DNA of 64,000 nt from Trueperaceae bacterium (GCA_965215565.1 CBDCDZ010000004.1:4032001-4096000), one strand, 5' to 3'; positions 10,641-21,228 are shown, counted from the first letter of the stretch. Notes: generated by a model from the sequence alone, not told the origin. Program-made: numbers and translations.

Positions 10641-11114
10641 CTATCCAAAGACCGCCCTCCATAGAGGCGGACCTAGCACGAGAAGGCCTACGAAGATAGA
10701 GCCGACCGCCGCAAGGAGCACCGCGCCCGCCGCCGCGTCTTTGGCGCGCTTAGCGAGCGGGTGAAACTCAGGGGAAACGAGGTTGACGGCCGCCTCGAGC
10801 GCACTGTTCATAATTTCTAATGAGAGCACGAGCAAGCAGCACAGCAAGATGGGGACGAGGTTGACCTGGAGGACCAGACCGAGGAGCAGCGCGAGTGCGC
10901 CTACAGAGACTTCGACGCGGAAGTTCTGCTCGGTGCGCCAGGTTTGCGCGATGCCCATCCAAGCGAAGCCAAATGAGCGGCGCAGCTTTTGGCTGTCGAT
11001 GGTTGCGGACTTTACGGCAGCTTGTCTCGCTACGCTGTCATCTTTATCCGCACCCTCTTCTATGCCCTCTACAGTGTCAGAATGCGCGCCTGAGCGCTCC
11101 TGAACCTCTTCCAC
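10641..11114 (-). CDS. dgkA: diacylglycerol/undecaprenol kinase
   Basis: EQNFR, LEIMNSALE, AKRAKDAAAGAVL; context after ybeY. Confidence 0.9.
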   Translation of the reverse strand: MEEVQERSGAHSDTVEGIEEGADKDDSVARQAAVKSATIDSQKLRRSFGFAWMGIAQTWRTEQNFRVEVSVGALALLLGLVLQVNLVPILLCCLLVLSLEIMNSALEAAVNLVSPEFHPLAKRAKDAAAGAVLLAAVGSIFVGLLVLGPPLWRAVFG

Positions 11115-11515
11115 GCTTCCTCCGTCGGGTGATCATACCCCAAGAGGTGCGTCAGCGCGTGCGCGGCGAGCGTTTTAACCTCTTGCACCAAGGTGTGACC
11201 CTGTTCGGCAGACTGACGCTCGGCGGTCTCCACGCTGATGATAATGTCACCTAAATGAGGAACCTCAGGCATGACGAAGCCCTCAGCGATATCGTCCGGT
11301 TCAGACGTCGGGTAGGAGAGCACGTCGGTGGGCGCGTCCACCTCTCTGTGGGCGCGGTTGAGATCGCGAATCCTCGCGTCGTCAACGAAGACGACTGTGA
11401 CCTCTTTGTGGGAGAGCCCCAGGTCAGCCAGTAGCGCCGTGAGCGCGCGCGCCACCTCCACCTCAAGAGGCCCCTCAAGAGGGAAGTGGGGCGCTTCGTT
11501 TAGCGTCTCGACCAC
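11069..11515 (-). CDS. ybeY: rRNA maturation endoribonuclease YbeY
   Basis: PTDVLSYP, LGDIIIS, HALTHLLGYDH. Confidence 0.95.
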   Translation of the reverse strand: MVETLNEAPHFPLEGPLEVEVARALTALLADLGLSHKEVTVVFVDDARIRDLNRAHREVDAPTDVLSYPTSEPDDIAEGFVMPEVPHLGDIIISVETAERQSAEQGHTLVQEVKTLAAHALTHLLGYDHPTEEAWKRFRSAQARILTL

Positions 11516-13526
11516 GTTTGAGTCCCTTGATCTCCTCCGCGCTCGGGTAGCTCACGCGGCGGTGCAGTATCGCGGTTAGCAGGCGCTCGAAGGTGTTGGC
11601 GATAACCTCTAGATCGTTGAAATTCAGGGGGCTGTCCGCGAGCTGGTCGTCTTGGAGCCGCTGCTCGATGAGCCGGTCGATCATCGCGCGAATGCTGCCC
11701 TGACTCGGCTCGACGAGCGTGCGCGAGGCGGACTCGACGGCGTCGGCGATCATCAGCACAGCGGTCTCTTTGCTCTGCGGACGCGGCCCGGCGTAGCGAA
11801 AGTTAAGTTCTTCGAGCGTGTCCGAATCCTCTAACGCACGTTTGTAGAAGTAACTTAGCACCGTCGTTCCGTGGTGCTCCAGGACGAAGGGCTCCAGCGC
11901 TTTAGGCAACCCGTACTCGCGCACCAAGTCCAAGCCGTCGCGCACGTGGCTCGTGATGATGAGGTAGCTCAGGTGCGGCGAGAGGGTGTCGTGCGGGTTC
12001 TCGCCCGCGAACTGGTTCTCGACGAAAAACTGCGGGCGTTTGAGCTTGCCGACGTCGTGGTAGAGCGCGCCGACGCGGGCTAGGAGCGCGTTCCCGCCGA
12101 TATTGGTGACTGCCTGGTCCACTAAGTTCGAGATGATGAGGCTGTGCTGATAGCTGCCGGGCGCTTCTAAGAGCAGCTTTTGCAGCAGGGGGCTCGAGGG
12201 GCTCATTAACTCCAAGAGGCGGAACTCCGTTAAAAAGCCGAAGTTGCTCTCTGCAAGGGGCAGCGTCGCGAGCGCCAAGATGCCCGCCGCCGCGCCGCCG
12301 CTCGTGATCCAGGCGAGCGAGACGAGCATGGAGAGGCTGCCGAAACTTCCCACGAGCAAGCTGTACGCCGTGAAGCTCAGCGCCGCCACCACGCCGCCCA
12401 AGCTACCCGCGAAGAGGAGCGACGCCCGCGACTTGAAAACCTGCGCGAGCAGGCTCGCCGCCACGCTGCTACTCAGCGCGACGAAAAAGGTGACGAACGC
12501 GGTTGCGGGCGCGAAAAACGCCGTGAGCACCGCGAACCAGACCGAGAGCAAAATGGCGCTCCGCTCCGCGACGATCACGGCGGACAGAAGTGGCACGAAG
12601 GCGATGAAGAGGAGCGTTTCGTCGATGAGCAGCGCCGCGCGCTGCACACCTAGAGCAAGTGTGAAGAGCGTGATGAGAAAGGCGAGCTGCCTAAGTGTGA
12701 GCGTGTCTCTAACGCGCCCATAGAGGTAGACGAGCGGCAAGGAGAGCAGGAGCGCTGTCGCCAAGCAGCCGCCCGCCAAGCGCAGCGCGCGCCTGAGCGA
12801 CTCGGTCCTCGGCTGATAGAAGCCCGTAAGCTCCAACACGCGCAGATCGTCCAGAGTTAAGATATCGCCCTCTTGCAGGATCGCTTCGCCCTCTTGCAGG
12901 GTGCGCATGACCGGCTCGACGCTGCCTGCGGCGGCGTCCCTGGCGGCTTCGGTAAGGCGCGTGTTGGGCTGCGCACTAGAGATGAGCAGGCGCTCTAAGA
13001 GCAACCTGACCCTGAGCCGCTGCCCAGGTTCGGCCAAGGACGCCGCGTCGCGGATGAGACTGGACAGCGCCGCTTCGCTCACCCCTGCCGGGCGGCTGTA
13101 AGCGTCGATGAGAAAACGCTGCACGTTCGCGGGCAAGGTGGACGAGGTGATGGCTCCCAAAACGAGGCGCTGCTGCGACGCGGACGAGGTGTAAATCGTG
13201 TCGATCTGCGACCTAGCATACTGCCGCTCGCGCTCGGTAGCGATTTGGTCGATGACTTGCACCGTCATCGGGGAGACGTAGCGTTGCGGGCTCGGCTGAC
13301 CGAGCTGAAAGTTGCCCTCTTGCCTCGAGCCGTACACGCTGTAAAGGAGGACGGCTAAGACCACTACGAAAAGGAGCGCTGCTAAGACGAGCTGCCACGG
13401 GGCTCGAGCCGACGCCCCTTGCGACATTCTGCGGCGCAAGCGGGCGTTGCTAGGGCTCGTTGCCGCCTTCTGCGCGCCTTTAGGCGCGGTCCCCGCCGCT
13501 TTCGCCACTTTAGGTTTGAGGCTCAT
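11475..13526 (-). CDS. 7TM-HD (HDIG) phosphohydrolase, PgpH/YqfF-like putative c-di-AMP phosphodiesterase
   Basis: Extracytoplasmic domain, multi-TM segment, APGSYQHS, YHDVGK, FFVENQ, HHGT, ADAVES; located between phoH and ybeY. Confidence 0.85.
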   Translation of the reverse strand: MSLKPKVAKAAGTAPKGAQKAATSPSNARLRRRMSQGASARAPWQLVLAALLFVVVLAVLLYSVYGSRQEGNFQLGQPSPQRYVSPMTVQVIDQIATERERQYARSQIDTIYTSSASQQRLVLGAITSSTLPANVQRFLIDAYSRPAGVSEAALSSLIRDAASLAEPGQRLRVRLLLERLLISSAQPNTRLTEAARDAAAGSVEPVMRTLQEGEAILQEGDILTLDDLRVLELTGFYQPRTESLRRALRLAGGCLATALLLSLPLVYLYGRVRDTLTLRQLAFLITLFTLALGVQRAALLIDETLLFIAFVPLLSAVIVAERSAILLSVWFAVLTAFFAPATAFVTFFVALSSSVAASLLAQVFKSRASLLFAGSLGGVVAALSFTAYSLLVGSFGSLSMLVSLAWITSGGAAAGILALATLPLAESNFGFLTEFRLLELMSPSSPLLQKLLLEAPGSYQHSLIISNLVDQAVTNIGGNALLARVGALYHDVGKLKRPQFFVENQFAGENPHDTLSPHLSYLIITSHVRDGLDLVREYGLPKALEPFVLEHHGTTVLSYFYKRALEDSDTLEELNFRYAGPRPQSKETAVLMIADAVESASRTLVEPSQGSIRAMIDRLIEQRLQDDQLADSPLNFNDLEVIANTFERLLTAILHRRVSYPSAEEIKGLKRGRDAKRSAPLPS

Positions 13527-14467
13527 TGGACTTGTTCGTACGCCTTTACGATGCGCGCGACTAAGGGATGACGCACCACGTCCGCCTCGCCGAAGTAGAT
13601 AAAGCCGATGCCCTCGACTTTCTTGAGGATGCGCTCGGCGATACCTAGTCCGCTCACAACGGTGCCGGGCAGATCGGTCTGTGTGATGTCGCCCGTGACG
13701 ACGACGCGGCTATTGAAGCCCATGCGCGTCAGAAACATCTTCATCTGCTCGCCGGTGGTGTTTTGCGCCTCATCTAAGATGATAAAAGCGTCGTTGAGCG
13801 TGCGCCCGCGCATGAAGGCCAAGGGCGCGACCTCGATCACGCCGCTCTCGAAATACTGCTCGCTGCGCTCACTGTCCAACATGTCGTAGAGCGCGTCGTA
13901 AAGAGGGCGCAAGTAGGGGTCAATTTTGGCTTGCAAGTCGCCGGGCAAAAAGCCCAGCCGCTCGCCCGCTTCGACGGCAGGGCGCGTCAGAATGATGCGT
14001 TTGACGCGCTTGTCCTTGAGGGCTTGGACCGCCATCGCCACCGCGAGGTAGGTCTTACCCGTGCCCGCAGGACCGACGCCGAAGACGATCTCGTTGGCTT
14101 CGATCGCCTGGACGTAGCGGCGCTGCCCGGCGGTCTTGGGTCTGGCGCGGCGCGGCAACCTTGCGCCGACGCTCTCCTCTTGCGGCGCATGGCCGGCTAG
14201 ATCGTCGGATAGATCGCTGAGCCGCGCGTGCTCGAGTTCGGTCACGCTGATCCTTTCGCCGCGCCGGATGGAGGCTAGGAGCGCCTTAAAGGTGCGTTCC
14301 GCTTCCTCTACGGCACCTTCCTCACCGGACAGTCTCAGTTCGTCGCCTCTAGCGATGACCTTTGCGCCGAGGCGAAGGCGTAAGAGCTTGAGGTTCTCGT
14401 CGTTTTGCCCGAAGAGCGACATCGCTTCGGCGGGGCTGCGCAATTTTAAGGTTACAGATGTTGCGAT
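13523..14467 (-). CDS. phoH: PhoH-family ATPase; start possibly the non-canonical ATC at 14467
   Basis: [34 protein letters not shown] 6 nt before in-frame ATC. Confidence 0.93.
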   Translation of the reverse strand: MATSVTLKLRSPAEAMSLFGQNDENLKLLRLRLGAKVIARGDELRLSGEEGAVEEAERTFKALLASIRRGERISVTELEHARLSDLSDDLAGHAPQEESVGARLPRRARPKTAGQRRYVQAIEANEIVFGVGPAGTGKTYLAVAMAVQALKDKRVKRIILTRPAVEAGERLGFLPGDLQAKIDPYLRPLYDALYDMLDSERSEQYFESGVIEVAPLAFMRGRTLNDAFIILDEAQNTTGEQMKMFLTRMGFNSRVVVTGDITQTDLPGTVVSGLGIAERILKKVEGIGFIYFGEADVVRHPLVARIVKAYEQVQ

Positions 14468-14482
14468 GGGTTTCTCCTTGTA

Positions 14483-14618
14483 AAGCGGGTATCATCGGGT
14501 CGGTGAATAGCAGGTAGGGTCACAGACGCACTCACTGTAAATAGCGCCACTCGGCGCACACTCGGTTGAGGTGCTACCTGCGCTATTCCAGTCCAAGTCT
14601 CGAGTCGATAGACATATA
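14483..14618 (+). mobile_element. MITE family B, degenerate copy
   Basis: GCGGGTATCATC...GGTGCTACCTGC core followed by GCTATTCCAGTCCA tail. Confidence 0.6.
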
Positions 14619-14634
14619 AATCACATGTGCGCCG

Positions 14635-15384
14635 TCAGCGACGCTTTCTTCGTTTGCGTTTAGAGAGGGGTTCGTCTAAGATTTCGCGCCAGATAATGCC
14701 TTGTAGGACCGATCTGCGGTCGAACTCCAAGACCCCCCTCGGCCCATCTATCTTACTCCCTCGGCGCGGCTTCAAGCGTTGCACGCGCAGCGGCGGCGCG
14801 TCGCCCAGTTCAGTCCTATCGACGGACGACTGTTTCGTCGTCGTGCCCTGCTGCGAGGCGGGACGCTGGCGGCTCACCCCTTCGCGCCCCAGGCCCTCGA
14901 AAGGTTGCCGCGCTCGCCCGCTCTCCAGTCCTCGTCCCTGCTGCGACGCGCGTCCTTGTTGGGAGCGTGACCCTTGTGAACGGGCTTGCTGCTCCTCATC
15001 TAATCTTGGAAAGAGGTCGCCGGAACTGTCGTCTCGCCCGCTTTGAGACCCGCCTCGAGACTGGGTACGCCCTCCCTCGTCACTCCCACCCATCGCCTCT
15101 TGCACGCGCCGCCGCGCCTCCTCTAAACGCCTCGAGAATTCGTCGCCCACGCTGCCACCTTCCTGGCGCGTATCTGCAGAGGTATTCCTCTCAGCGTTCC
15201 TTTCGTCGGGGCGTTCCTGCTCTCGGCGCTGAGGCGCTCCGGTGGGTCGCCCCTGAGGTCGTCCTTGCCCCTGTTGTCCCTGACCTCTCTGTCCGCCTTG
15301 ACCTCTTCTCAAGAAGTTATTGACGATGGGCGCAACGAAAAAGATCAAGAAGAGAATGATCGTGATGGGGTCGATATTCACCAA
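14635..15384 (-). CDS. YqfB-like membrane-anchored low-complexity protein
   Basis: N-terminal TM, Q/G/R-rich linker, C-terminal QGIIWREILDEP; directly after floA. Confidence 0.7.
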   Translation of the reverse strand: MVNIDPITIILFLIFFVAPIVNNFLRRGQGGQRGQGQQGQGRPQGRPTGAPQRREQERPDERNAERNTSADTRQEGGSVGDEFSRRLEEARRRVQEAMGGSDEGGRTQSRGGSQSGRDDSSGDLFPRLDEEQQARSQGSRSQQGRASQQGRGLESGRARQPFEGLGREGVSRQRPASQQGTTTKQSSVDRTELGDAPPLRVQRLKPRRGSKIDGPRGVLEFDRRSVLQGIIWREILDEPLSKRKRRKRR

Positions 15385-15393
15385 ATCACCTCT

Positions 15394-16371
15394 TTAGCTG
15401 CGCTCGTCTGCATCCTCGGTGGACTGAGCGATGTTGGAGCGCAGTTTCGTGTCGGACTGAATGTTCTCCAGGTTGTAGTAGTCCATAATGCCTAAGTTGC
15501 CGCTTCTAAACGCTTCGGCGATGGCGCGCGGCACCTCCGCCTCCGCCTCGACGACTTTCGCCCGCTGCTCCTCGACTTTGGCGCGGTTCTCCTGCTCGGC
15601 GGCTACCGCCATCGCCCGGCGCTCCTCCGCTTTGGCTTGCGCTACGCGCTTGTCCGCCTCGGCTTGATCGGTCTGCAGCGTCGCGCCGATATTTTTGCCG
15701 ACGTTGACGTCCGCGATGTCGATCGAGAGGATTTCAAAGGCGGTGCCGGCGTCTAAACCTTTCGCGAGCACCGTTTTCGAGATGGAGTCGGGGTTCTCCA
15801 GCACCGCTTTATGCGAGTTCGAGGAGCCGATTGATGAGACGATGCCCTCGCCCACGCGGGCGATGATCGTCTCCTCGCCCGCCCCACCGACGAGCCTCTC
15901 TAGGTTCGCGCGCACCGTGACCCGCGCCGTCGAAATCAGCTCGATGCCGTCTTTCGCCACCGCTGAGACGTTCGGCGTCTGAATGACGCGCGGGTTGACC
16001 GAGACCTTTACCGCGTCGAGCACGTTGCGCCCGGCTAAGTCAATGGCCGCCGCTCTATCAAAGGGCAGCGCGATGCGCGCCTTGTCCGCCGCGATGAGCG
16101 CGTCCACCACGCGGTCCACGTTGCCGCCCGCGAGGTAATGCGCCTCCAACTGGTTCTGCTCTACCTCGATGCCCGCCTTGTCCGCCTTGATAAGGGGCAA
16201 GATGATCTTGTTGGGCGGCACGCGGCGCAGGCGCATCGCCACCAAGCTTGTCAAGCTGACCTTAACGCCCGCTGAGATGGCTGAAATCCACAAGGGGATA
16301 GGGATAAACGAGAAGAAAATGATGAAGAAGAGGATGACGCCGCCGACGAGAAGTAGTAAACCGATATCCAT
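15394..16371 (-). CDS. floA: flotillin-like protein FloA (YqfA)
   Basis: [41 protein letters not shown] before ATG 16371. Confidence 0.92.
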   Translation of the reverse strand: MDIGLLLLVGGVILFFIIFFSFIPIPLWISAISAGVKVSLTSLVAMRLRRVPPNKIILPLIKADKAGIEVEQNQLEAHYLAGGNVDRVVDALIAADKARIALPFDRAAAIDLAGRNVLDAVKVSVNPRVIQTPNVSAVAKDGIELISTARVTVRANLERLVGGAGEETIIARVGEGIVSSIGSSNSHKAVLENPDSISKTVLAKGLDAGTAFEILSIDIADVNVGKNIGATLQTDQAEADKRVAQAKAEERRAMAVAAEQENRAKVEEQRAKVVEAEAEVPRAIAEAFRSGNLGIMDYYNLENIQSDTKLRSNIAQSTEDADERS

Positions 16372-16905
16372 ATAAGGTCTCCTTTTGTACCTGAAACTAT
16401 AGTGAGGTGAATAGCGACGAGACAGTAGCAATAAAACAGTAGCGATAAGACAGGGGAACACGCGCCGCTGCTCGCACGCGCGGCGCTAAGAGGTGAGAGG
16501 ACGCTCACCTTACGCAAATAGAGGGGTTCCGAATGAGGAGCGGACCACGCACCGAGTTGTGCAGAAGTGTCTCAATACCTCGTATCATACTCCAAGGGGT
16601 GCGCGCCGTGTGCAGGTGAGACAACGCTCATAAGAACGTTTATGAAGGGGTTGGATTGGCGCTTTGACCGGCTAGCTCGAGGAAACGTGTAGAAAATGAA
16701 GCAGGAGGGAAAATGCGGAAGAGAAGGTGTTTTGTGCGTGCGCAGATACCGAATGACCTCTTTTATGGGCTTCGCGCAACGCCGTACACGAAACTCCATG
16801 CATAAAACTCCATACGCAAAACGGGGTACACCGTCCAGAAAAGACCAAAGGAGAAACGTAAGCGCCACGCTTCTCCCTTTCACCCGAGCCGTTATACTCA
16901 GCTCC

Positions 16906-17676
16906 ATGCTCTTAGCCGTAGATACGGGCAACACCAGCACCGTCTTAGGTCTCTTCGACGGGGAAGACCTCGTCGCGCACTGGCGCGTGCCCACGAACCG
17001 GATGCGCATGGCGGACCAGTACGCGATTTTACTCAAGAACCTGCTCGAGCTAGATGATTGCCCCCCGCCCGAGCGCGCCGTCATCTCGTCGGTTGCCCCG
17101 CCCGTCGAACGTGAACTCTCTACCGCGCTCAAACAGTACTGGGGAGTTGAGAGCGTGTTCGTCTCGAGCGCCGCGCTCTCGGGTCTCCTCAAAGTCGAGA
17201 CCGACAACCCTAAAGAGGTCGGCGCAGACCGCCTGGTCAACGCAGTCGCCGCGCTGACCTACGACGCTCATGTCCTGCTCGTCGTGGACTTCGGCACGGC
17301 GACGAACTTCGACCTCATCGTGAAACCGAATAGGCTTTTAGGCGTCGCGCTCGCGCCGGGTCCGATGATCGCCGCCGACGCGCTCTTCGCGCGCACAGCC
17401 AAGCTGCCCCGCGTGGACCTGGAAGCCCCGCCGAGTGTGATTGGCAAGAATACCGTCACCGCCCTTCAATCCGGGCTCGTCTTCGGTTACGCGGCGATGG
17501 TGGACGGGATGGTGAAGCGCTTTAGAGGTGAAGTCGAAGCGGAACACGGTCAGCCCTTCGTGGTGGCGACGGGCGGCTTTGCCAACGTGGTCGAAGGGCA
17601 CTGCCAAGAGGTGGACGCTTACGACACGCTGTTGACCCTAAAGGGGTTGCGGATCATCGCCGAGCGTTTGGGTTAA
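16906..17676 (+). CDS. coaX: type III pantothenate kinase
   Basis: LAVDTGNT, GADR, VDFGTAT, ATGG; TATACT 7 nt upstream of ATG 16906. Confidence 0.95.
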   Translation: MLLAVDTGNTSTVLGLFDGEDLVAHWRVPTNRMRMADQYAILLKNLLELDDCPPPERAVISSVAPPVERELSTALKQYWGVESVFVSSAALSGLLKVETDNPKEVGADRLVNAVAALTYDAHVLLVVDFGTATNFDLIVKPNRLLGVALAPGPMIAADALFARTAKLPRVDLEAPPSVIGKNTVTALQSGLVFGYAAMVDGMVKRFRGEVEAEHGQPFVVATGGFANVVEGHCQEVDAYDTLLTLKGLRIIAERLG

Positions 17677-17706
17677 GTTTCTCGTGCAATTCTCTTGCGG
17701 GGCTTC

Positions 17707-17735
17707 GTGGGGGCGGATTTCAAACCCGTCCCTAC
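17707..17735 (+). repeat. REP-like hairpin (GTRG...CTAC)
   Basis: GTGGGGGCGGATTTCAAACCCGTCCCTAC. Confidence 0.5.
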
Positions 17736-17772
17736 ACGTTACGGCGTTCTCTGCACCTCTTGGTTGCACTGA

Positions 17773-17895
17773 TACCCTTTCCGGTTAATTCCTAAAAGAA
17801 TTAACCCGAGCGTGGCGAGCATAAACAGCTACGGATTCCGGTGAATAACGGAAAAATGCGTTCGCATTTTGTAGTGGATTCACCCGGAATCCGTA
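17773..17895 (-). mobile_element. SRE-like element (family A), copy 2, inverted
   Basis: Reverse complement aligns end to end with 32-154, same length; TGA on both flanks. Confidence 0.8.
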
Positions 17896-17912
17896 TGACC
17901 CATGAACCGCTC

Positions 17913-18398
17913 TTAGCGCAGCCCGAACAACGCCTCATCTAAGTCAAGCCTGACGCCCGCCGAGAGGTCGAACGCCTGTTTGAGTTCAGGTAGCAACAAG
18001 GGGCGGTGCGTATAGACGAACGACAGCGCGATTCCTTGGGTGAGGTCGTAGCTGAGCCCGGCGCTGAGCGCCACCCCAAAGCTGTCCACCGCGTAGGTCA
18101 AGCCGGCTCCGAGGTGCGCCTCGAAGCCGTACAGCGCGTTCTCTTCGGGCAAAAAGGTGAACCAGCCGCCCGCGTCGAGGAGGACGCCGCCGCCCCACGC
18201 CGCCGCCGCGTAAAGACCCGAGCTGCTCAGCGGCGCGTCGGTGAGAGGGTACGTCCCCCGCAGCCCACCCTTAACGCTGAGGTCGTAGGTGTTCGTCACC
18301 CTGTTCTCGTCGTAGCCGAGACCGCCTTCTAACCATACCGACTGGGCGAGAGCTGTCTGGAGGACTATAGCGGCGGTCAAGATGAAGAGGTAGCGCAT
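17913..18398 (-). CDS. Exported protein, probable small outer-membrane beta-barrel
   Basis: Signal peptide (ALA-Q), Gly/aromatic amphipathic strands; TACACT -10 box. Confidence 0.6.
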   Translation of the reverse strand: MRYLFILTAAIVLQTALAQSVWLEGGLGYDENRVTNTYDLSVKGGLRGTYPLTDAPLSSSGLYAAAAWGGGVLLDAGGWFTFLPEENALYGFEAHLGAGLTYAVDSFGVALSAGLSYDLTQGIALSFVYTHRPLLLPELKQAFDLSAGVRLDLDEALFGLR

Positions 18399-18438
18399 CG
18401 GCTCAGTGTACCTAAAGCGTCCCCGGTTAAGATGAGGC

Positions 18439-20142
18439 ATGGAGATCACAAAAAAACAACTCGCCGCGCAGCTCAGCGAGGTGGCGAAGCTCTTAGAGGT
18501 CCTAGCCGAAGAGCCTCACCGCGCCAAAACATACGCGAACGCGGCGCGGCAGGTGGAGAACTATGAGGGCGACTTCTCGCACCTCTTCGAAAGGGGCAAG
18601 CTCACCCAAATTCGCGGCGTCGGTCAGGGGCTCGCCGCCGAAATCATGACCCTAAAAGAGCGCGAAACTCTGCCCGTTTTAGACGAGCTTCGCGGGCGCG
18701 TGCCCGAAGGCGTACGGGGCCTCTTTGTGGTGTCGGGCTTGGGCGCGAAGAAAATCAGCCTGCTGTGGCAAAATGGTATTGCCAACTTGGACGAACTCGC
18801 CCTAGCGAGCCGTGACGGGCGCGTGGCGTCCCTAAAAGGGTTCGGTAAGAAGAGCGCCGAATCTATTTTAAGCGCGGCGGAGTTCGCGTTAGAGGCAAAG
18901 AAGCGGATGCGCTTAGACGTGGCTGAGGCGTACGCAGCGGCGCTCCAAGAGGTCATAAGCGCCGCGCTGCCGAGCGCTAAACTCACCTTTGCAGGTAGCT
19001 TGCGCCGCAGTTTGGAGACGGTGGGTGACTTAGACGTCATCGTTACAGACGTGAGTTTTGAAGAGGTTATGAGCGTTTTAGAGCCGTTCGTGGGCGATCT
19101 GGAAACGAATCCGCCCTATCTCGAGGCGGACTTTGAAGGGCGGAGGCTCGAGCTAACCGTCACTCAAGAAGACACTTTAGGCGCAGCTTTAGCCGTGCAA
19201 ACAGGCAGCAAAGCGTTCGTGGAGATGTTGAAAGAAAAGGCTGAGGAAAGAGGTTACACTCTATCTTCCAAAGGTCTTTTCAAAGAGGATGAGTTCATTC
19301 CTACACCCGAAGAACACACAGTATTTGAACACTTAGATATTTCCTATATTTCACCCGAACGACGCGAAGGCGTCCAGACCTCTTCACCGGATAACCTCAT
19401 TTCACTAGACGCCATGCGCGGCGTGATTCACAACCACTCGACGTGGTCGGACGGGGCGTCGTCTCTTCGGGAGATGGTGGCGGCGGCGCGAGACTTAGGC
19501 TACAGCTACTTGGCGATGGCGGACCACTCGAGGACCTCTTACTACGCCAACGGCTTGAGCGTCAAGCGGGTCGAGCAGCAGTCGGCGGAGATTGCAAAGA
19601 TTCAGCAAGAACTTATAGATGAGGGCAGCGACTTTAGAGTGTTGCACGGCGTCGAAGTGGACATTATGTCAGATGGCAAACTCGACTATCCCGACGAGGT
19701 CTTGGCGACGCTCGACTACACCGTGATCAGCGTCCACCAAAACTTCACCCTGAGCGAAGCTAAACAAACAGAGCGCATTGTGAACGCGGTACATAACCCT
19801 TACGCCACCATCCTCGCCCACCCCACCGGACGCCTCTTGCTGCGCAGACCGGGCTACGCGGTGGATTTGCAAGAGGTCATCGAAGCGTGCGCAGAAACTA
19901 AGACTGTCGTCGAAATCAACGCCAACACGCGGCGGCTTGACCTCGACTGGCACTGGGTCATCAAGGCGAAGCGCTTAGGCTGCACCTTTTCCATCGATCC
20001 CGACGCGCATCATACGAGCGGCTATGACGACGTGCGTTACGGCGTGATGATGGCGCGCAAAGCGGGCTTAACAGAAGACGACGTAGTCAATACTGCGCCG
20101 ACTGCGGAGGACTTTCTCTCGAGGCTCAAACTGAGGCTGTGA
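18439..20142 (+). CDS. polX: DNA polymerase X / PHP 3'-5' exonuclease
   Basis: HhH motifs, AGSLRR..VGDLD, PHP motifs HNHSTWSDG, DHS, HPTGR, DAH. Confidence 0.93.
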   Translation: MEITKKQLAAQLSEVAKLLEVLAEEPHRAKTYANAARQVENYEGDFSHLFERGKLTQIRGVGQGLAAEIMTLKERETLPVLDELRGRVPEGVRGLFVVSGLGAKKISLLWQNGIANLDELALASRDGRVASLKGFGKKSAESILSAAEFALEAKKRMRLDVAEAYAAALQEVISAALPSAKLTFAGSLRRSLETVGDLDVIVTDVSFEEVMSVLEPFVGDLETNPPYLEADFEGRRLELTVTQEDTLGAALAVQTGSKAFVEMLKEKAEERGYTLSSKGLFKEDEFIPTPEEHTVFEHLDISYISPERREGVQTSSPDNLISLDAMRGVIHNHSTWSDGASSLREMVAAARDLGYSYLAMADHSRTSYYANGLSVKRVEQQSAEIAKIQQELIDEGSDFRVLHGVEVDIMSDGKLDYPDEVLATLDYTVISVHQNFTLSEAKQTERIVNAVHNPYATILAHPTGRLLLRRPGYAVDLQEVIEACAETKTVVEINANTRRLDLDWHWVIKAKRLGCTFSIDPDAHHTSGYDDVRYGVMMARKAGLTEDDVVNTAPTAEDFLSRLKLRL

Positions 20143-20146
20143 GTTT

Positions 20147-21172
20147 GTGATCACCATTTACAGCGAAGACCACAGACTTCAAAGAGGTCAAGTTGAATTG
20201 ATTGACGGGGAGTTTCGTCCTTGTGTCGAAAAACCCGAACGCGCCGAGATAATTTTGCAGAGCGTGCAAGAGGTTGGCTTGGGAGAGGTCCTCCCACCGG
20301 AGGATTTCGGCTTAGCGCCGATTCTCCGCGTTCACGATTCGGCGTTCGTTACCTTTTTGCAGACAGCCTACAGCGAATGGTCTGAATCGTTTGGCGAGCG
20401 CGACGCCCTACCTCTTAACTGGGCAGTACGTGGTTTTACCCCCAAAATTCCGAGAACAGTTGAAGGCAAGCTGAGCTATTACTCCTTCGACGCGGCGACG
20501 CCAATTACAACAGGGACTTGGCAGGCGGCAACCTCTTCGGTGAACGTCGCGCTGACGGCGCAAAAGCTCGTTTCAAGAGGTGAGCGCGCCGCCTTTGCCC
20601 TCTGCCGCCCACCTGGACACCACGCGGCGGCGGACCTCTACGGCGGTTACTGCTTTCTCAACAACGCGGGGGTTGCAGCGCAAGCCTTCGCGGATGAGGG
20701 GAAGCGCGTCGCCCTTTTAGACGTGGATTACCATCACGGTAACGGCACACAGTCCATTTTTTATGACAGGAGTGACATTTTTTACATCTCGCTTCACGCG
20801 GACCCCGCTTACGAATACCCGTACTTTTCCGGCTACGCCGACGAGCGCGGGGTGGGGGAGGGCGCGGGCTTCAACCTCAACTTGCCGCTTCCGCTCAAGA
20901 CGGGCTGGCAAGGCTACGAAAAGGCGCTGCAAACTACTTTTGCGCGGATTCGAGATTTTGCGCCGGACGCGCTGCTCGTATCGCTCGGGGTGGATAGTTT
21001 CGTGGATGACCCTATCTCGAGCTTCACCTTGCAGCGGGAAGATTTCTCGAAGCTGGGGGCGCATTTGGCGAGCCTCGAGTTACCAACACTCTTTGTCATG
21101 GAGGGCGGTTACGCGGTAGAAGCGTTGGGAAAGAACGTCACGAACGTACTTACCAGCTTCGAGAGCAGGTGA
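20147..21172 (+). CDS. Histone-deacetylase family amidohydrolase (acetylpolyamine amidohydrolase-like)
   Basis: RPPGHHA, GGYCFLNN, DVDYHHGNGTQ, EGGY. Confidence 0.92.
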   Translation: MITIYSEDHRLQRGQVELIDGEFRPCVEKPERAEIILQSVQEVGLGEVLPPEDFGLAPILRVHDSAFVTFLQTAYSEWSESFGERDALPLNWAVRGFTPKIPRTVEGKLSYYSFDAATPITTGTWQAATSSVNVALTAQKLVSRGERAAFALCRPPGHHAAADLYGGYCFLNNAGVAAQAFADEGKRVALLDVDYHHGNGTQSIFYDRSDIFYISLHADPAYEYPYFSGYADERGVGEGAGFNLNLPLPLKTGWQGYEKALQTTFARIRDFAPDALLVSLGVDSFVDDPISSFTLQREDFSKLGAHLASLELPTLFVMEGGYAVEALGKNVTNVLTSFESR

Positions 21173-21228
21173 AAAAAGGCTCGAGCCCGCCATTCGAAAA
21201 ACCGCTATAAAATTTGTCTCTATCCTTG

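Noticed and set aside
16572..17240. Long antisense/overlapping ORFs (e.g. this one, 28552-29226, 29434-30177, 61865-62503)
   Set aside because: Shadow ORFs expected from high-GC codon usage opposite well-supported genes.
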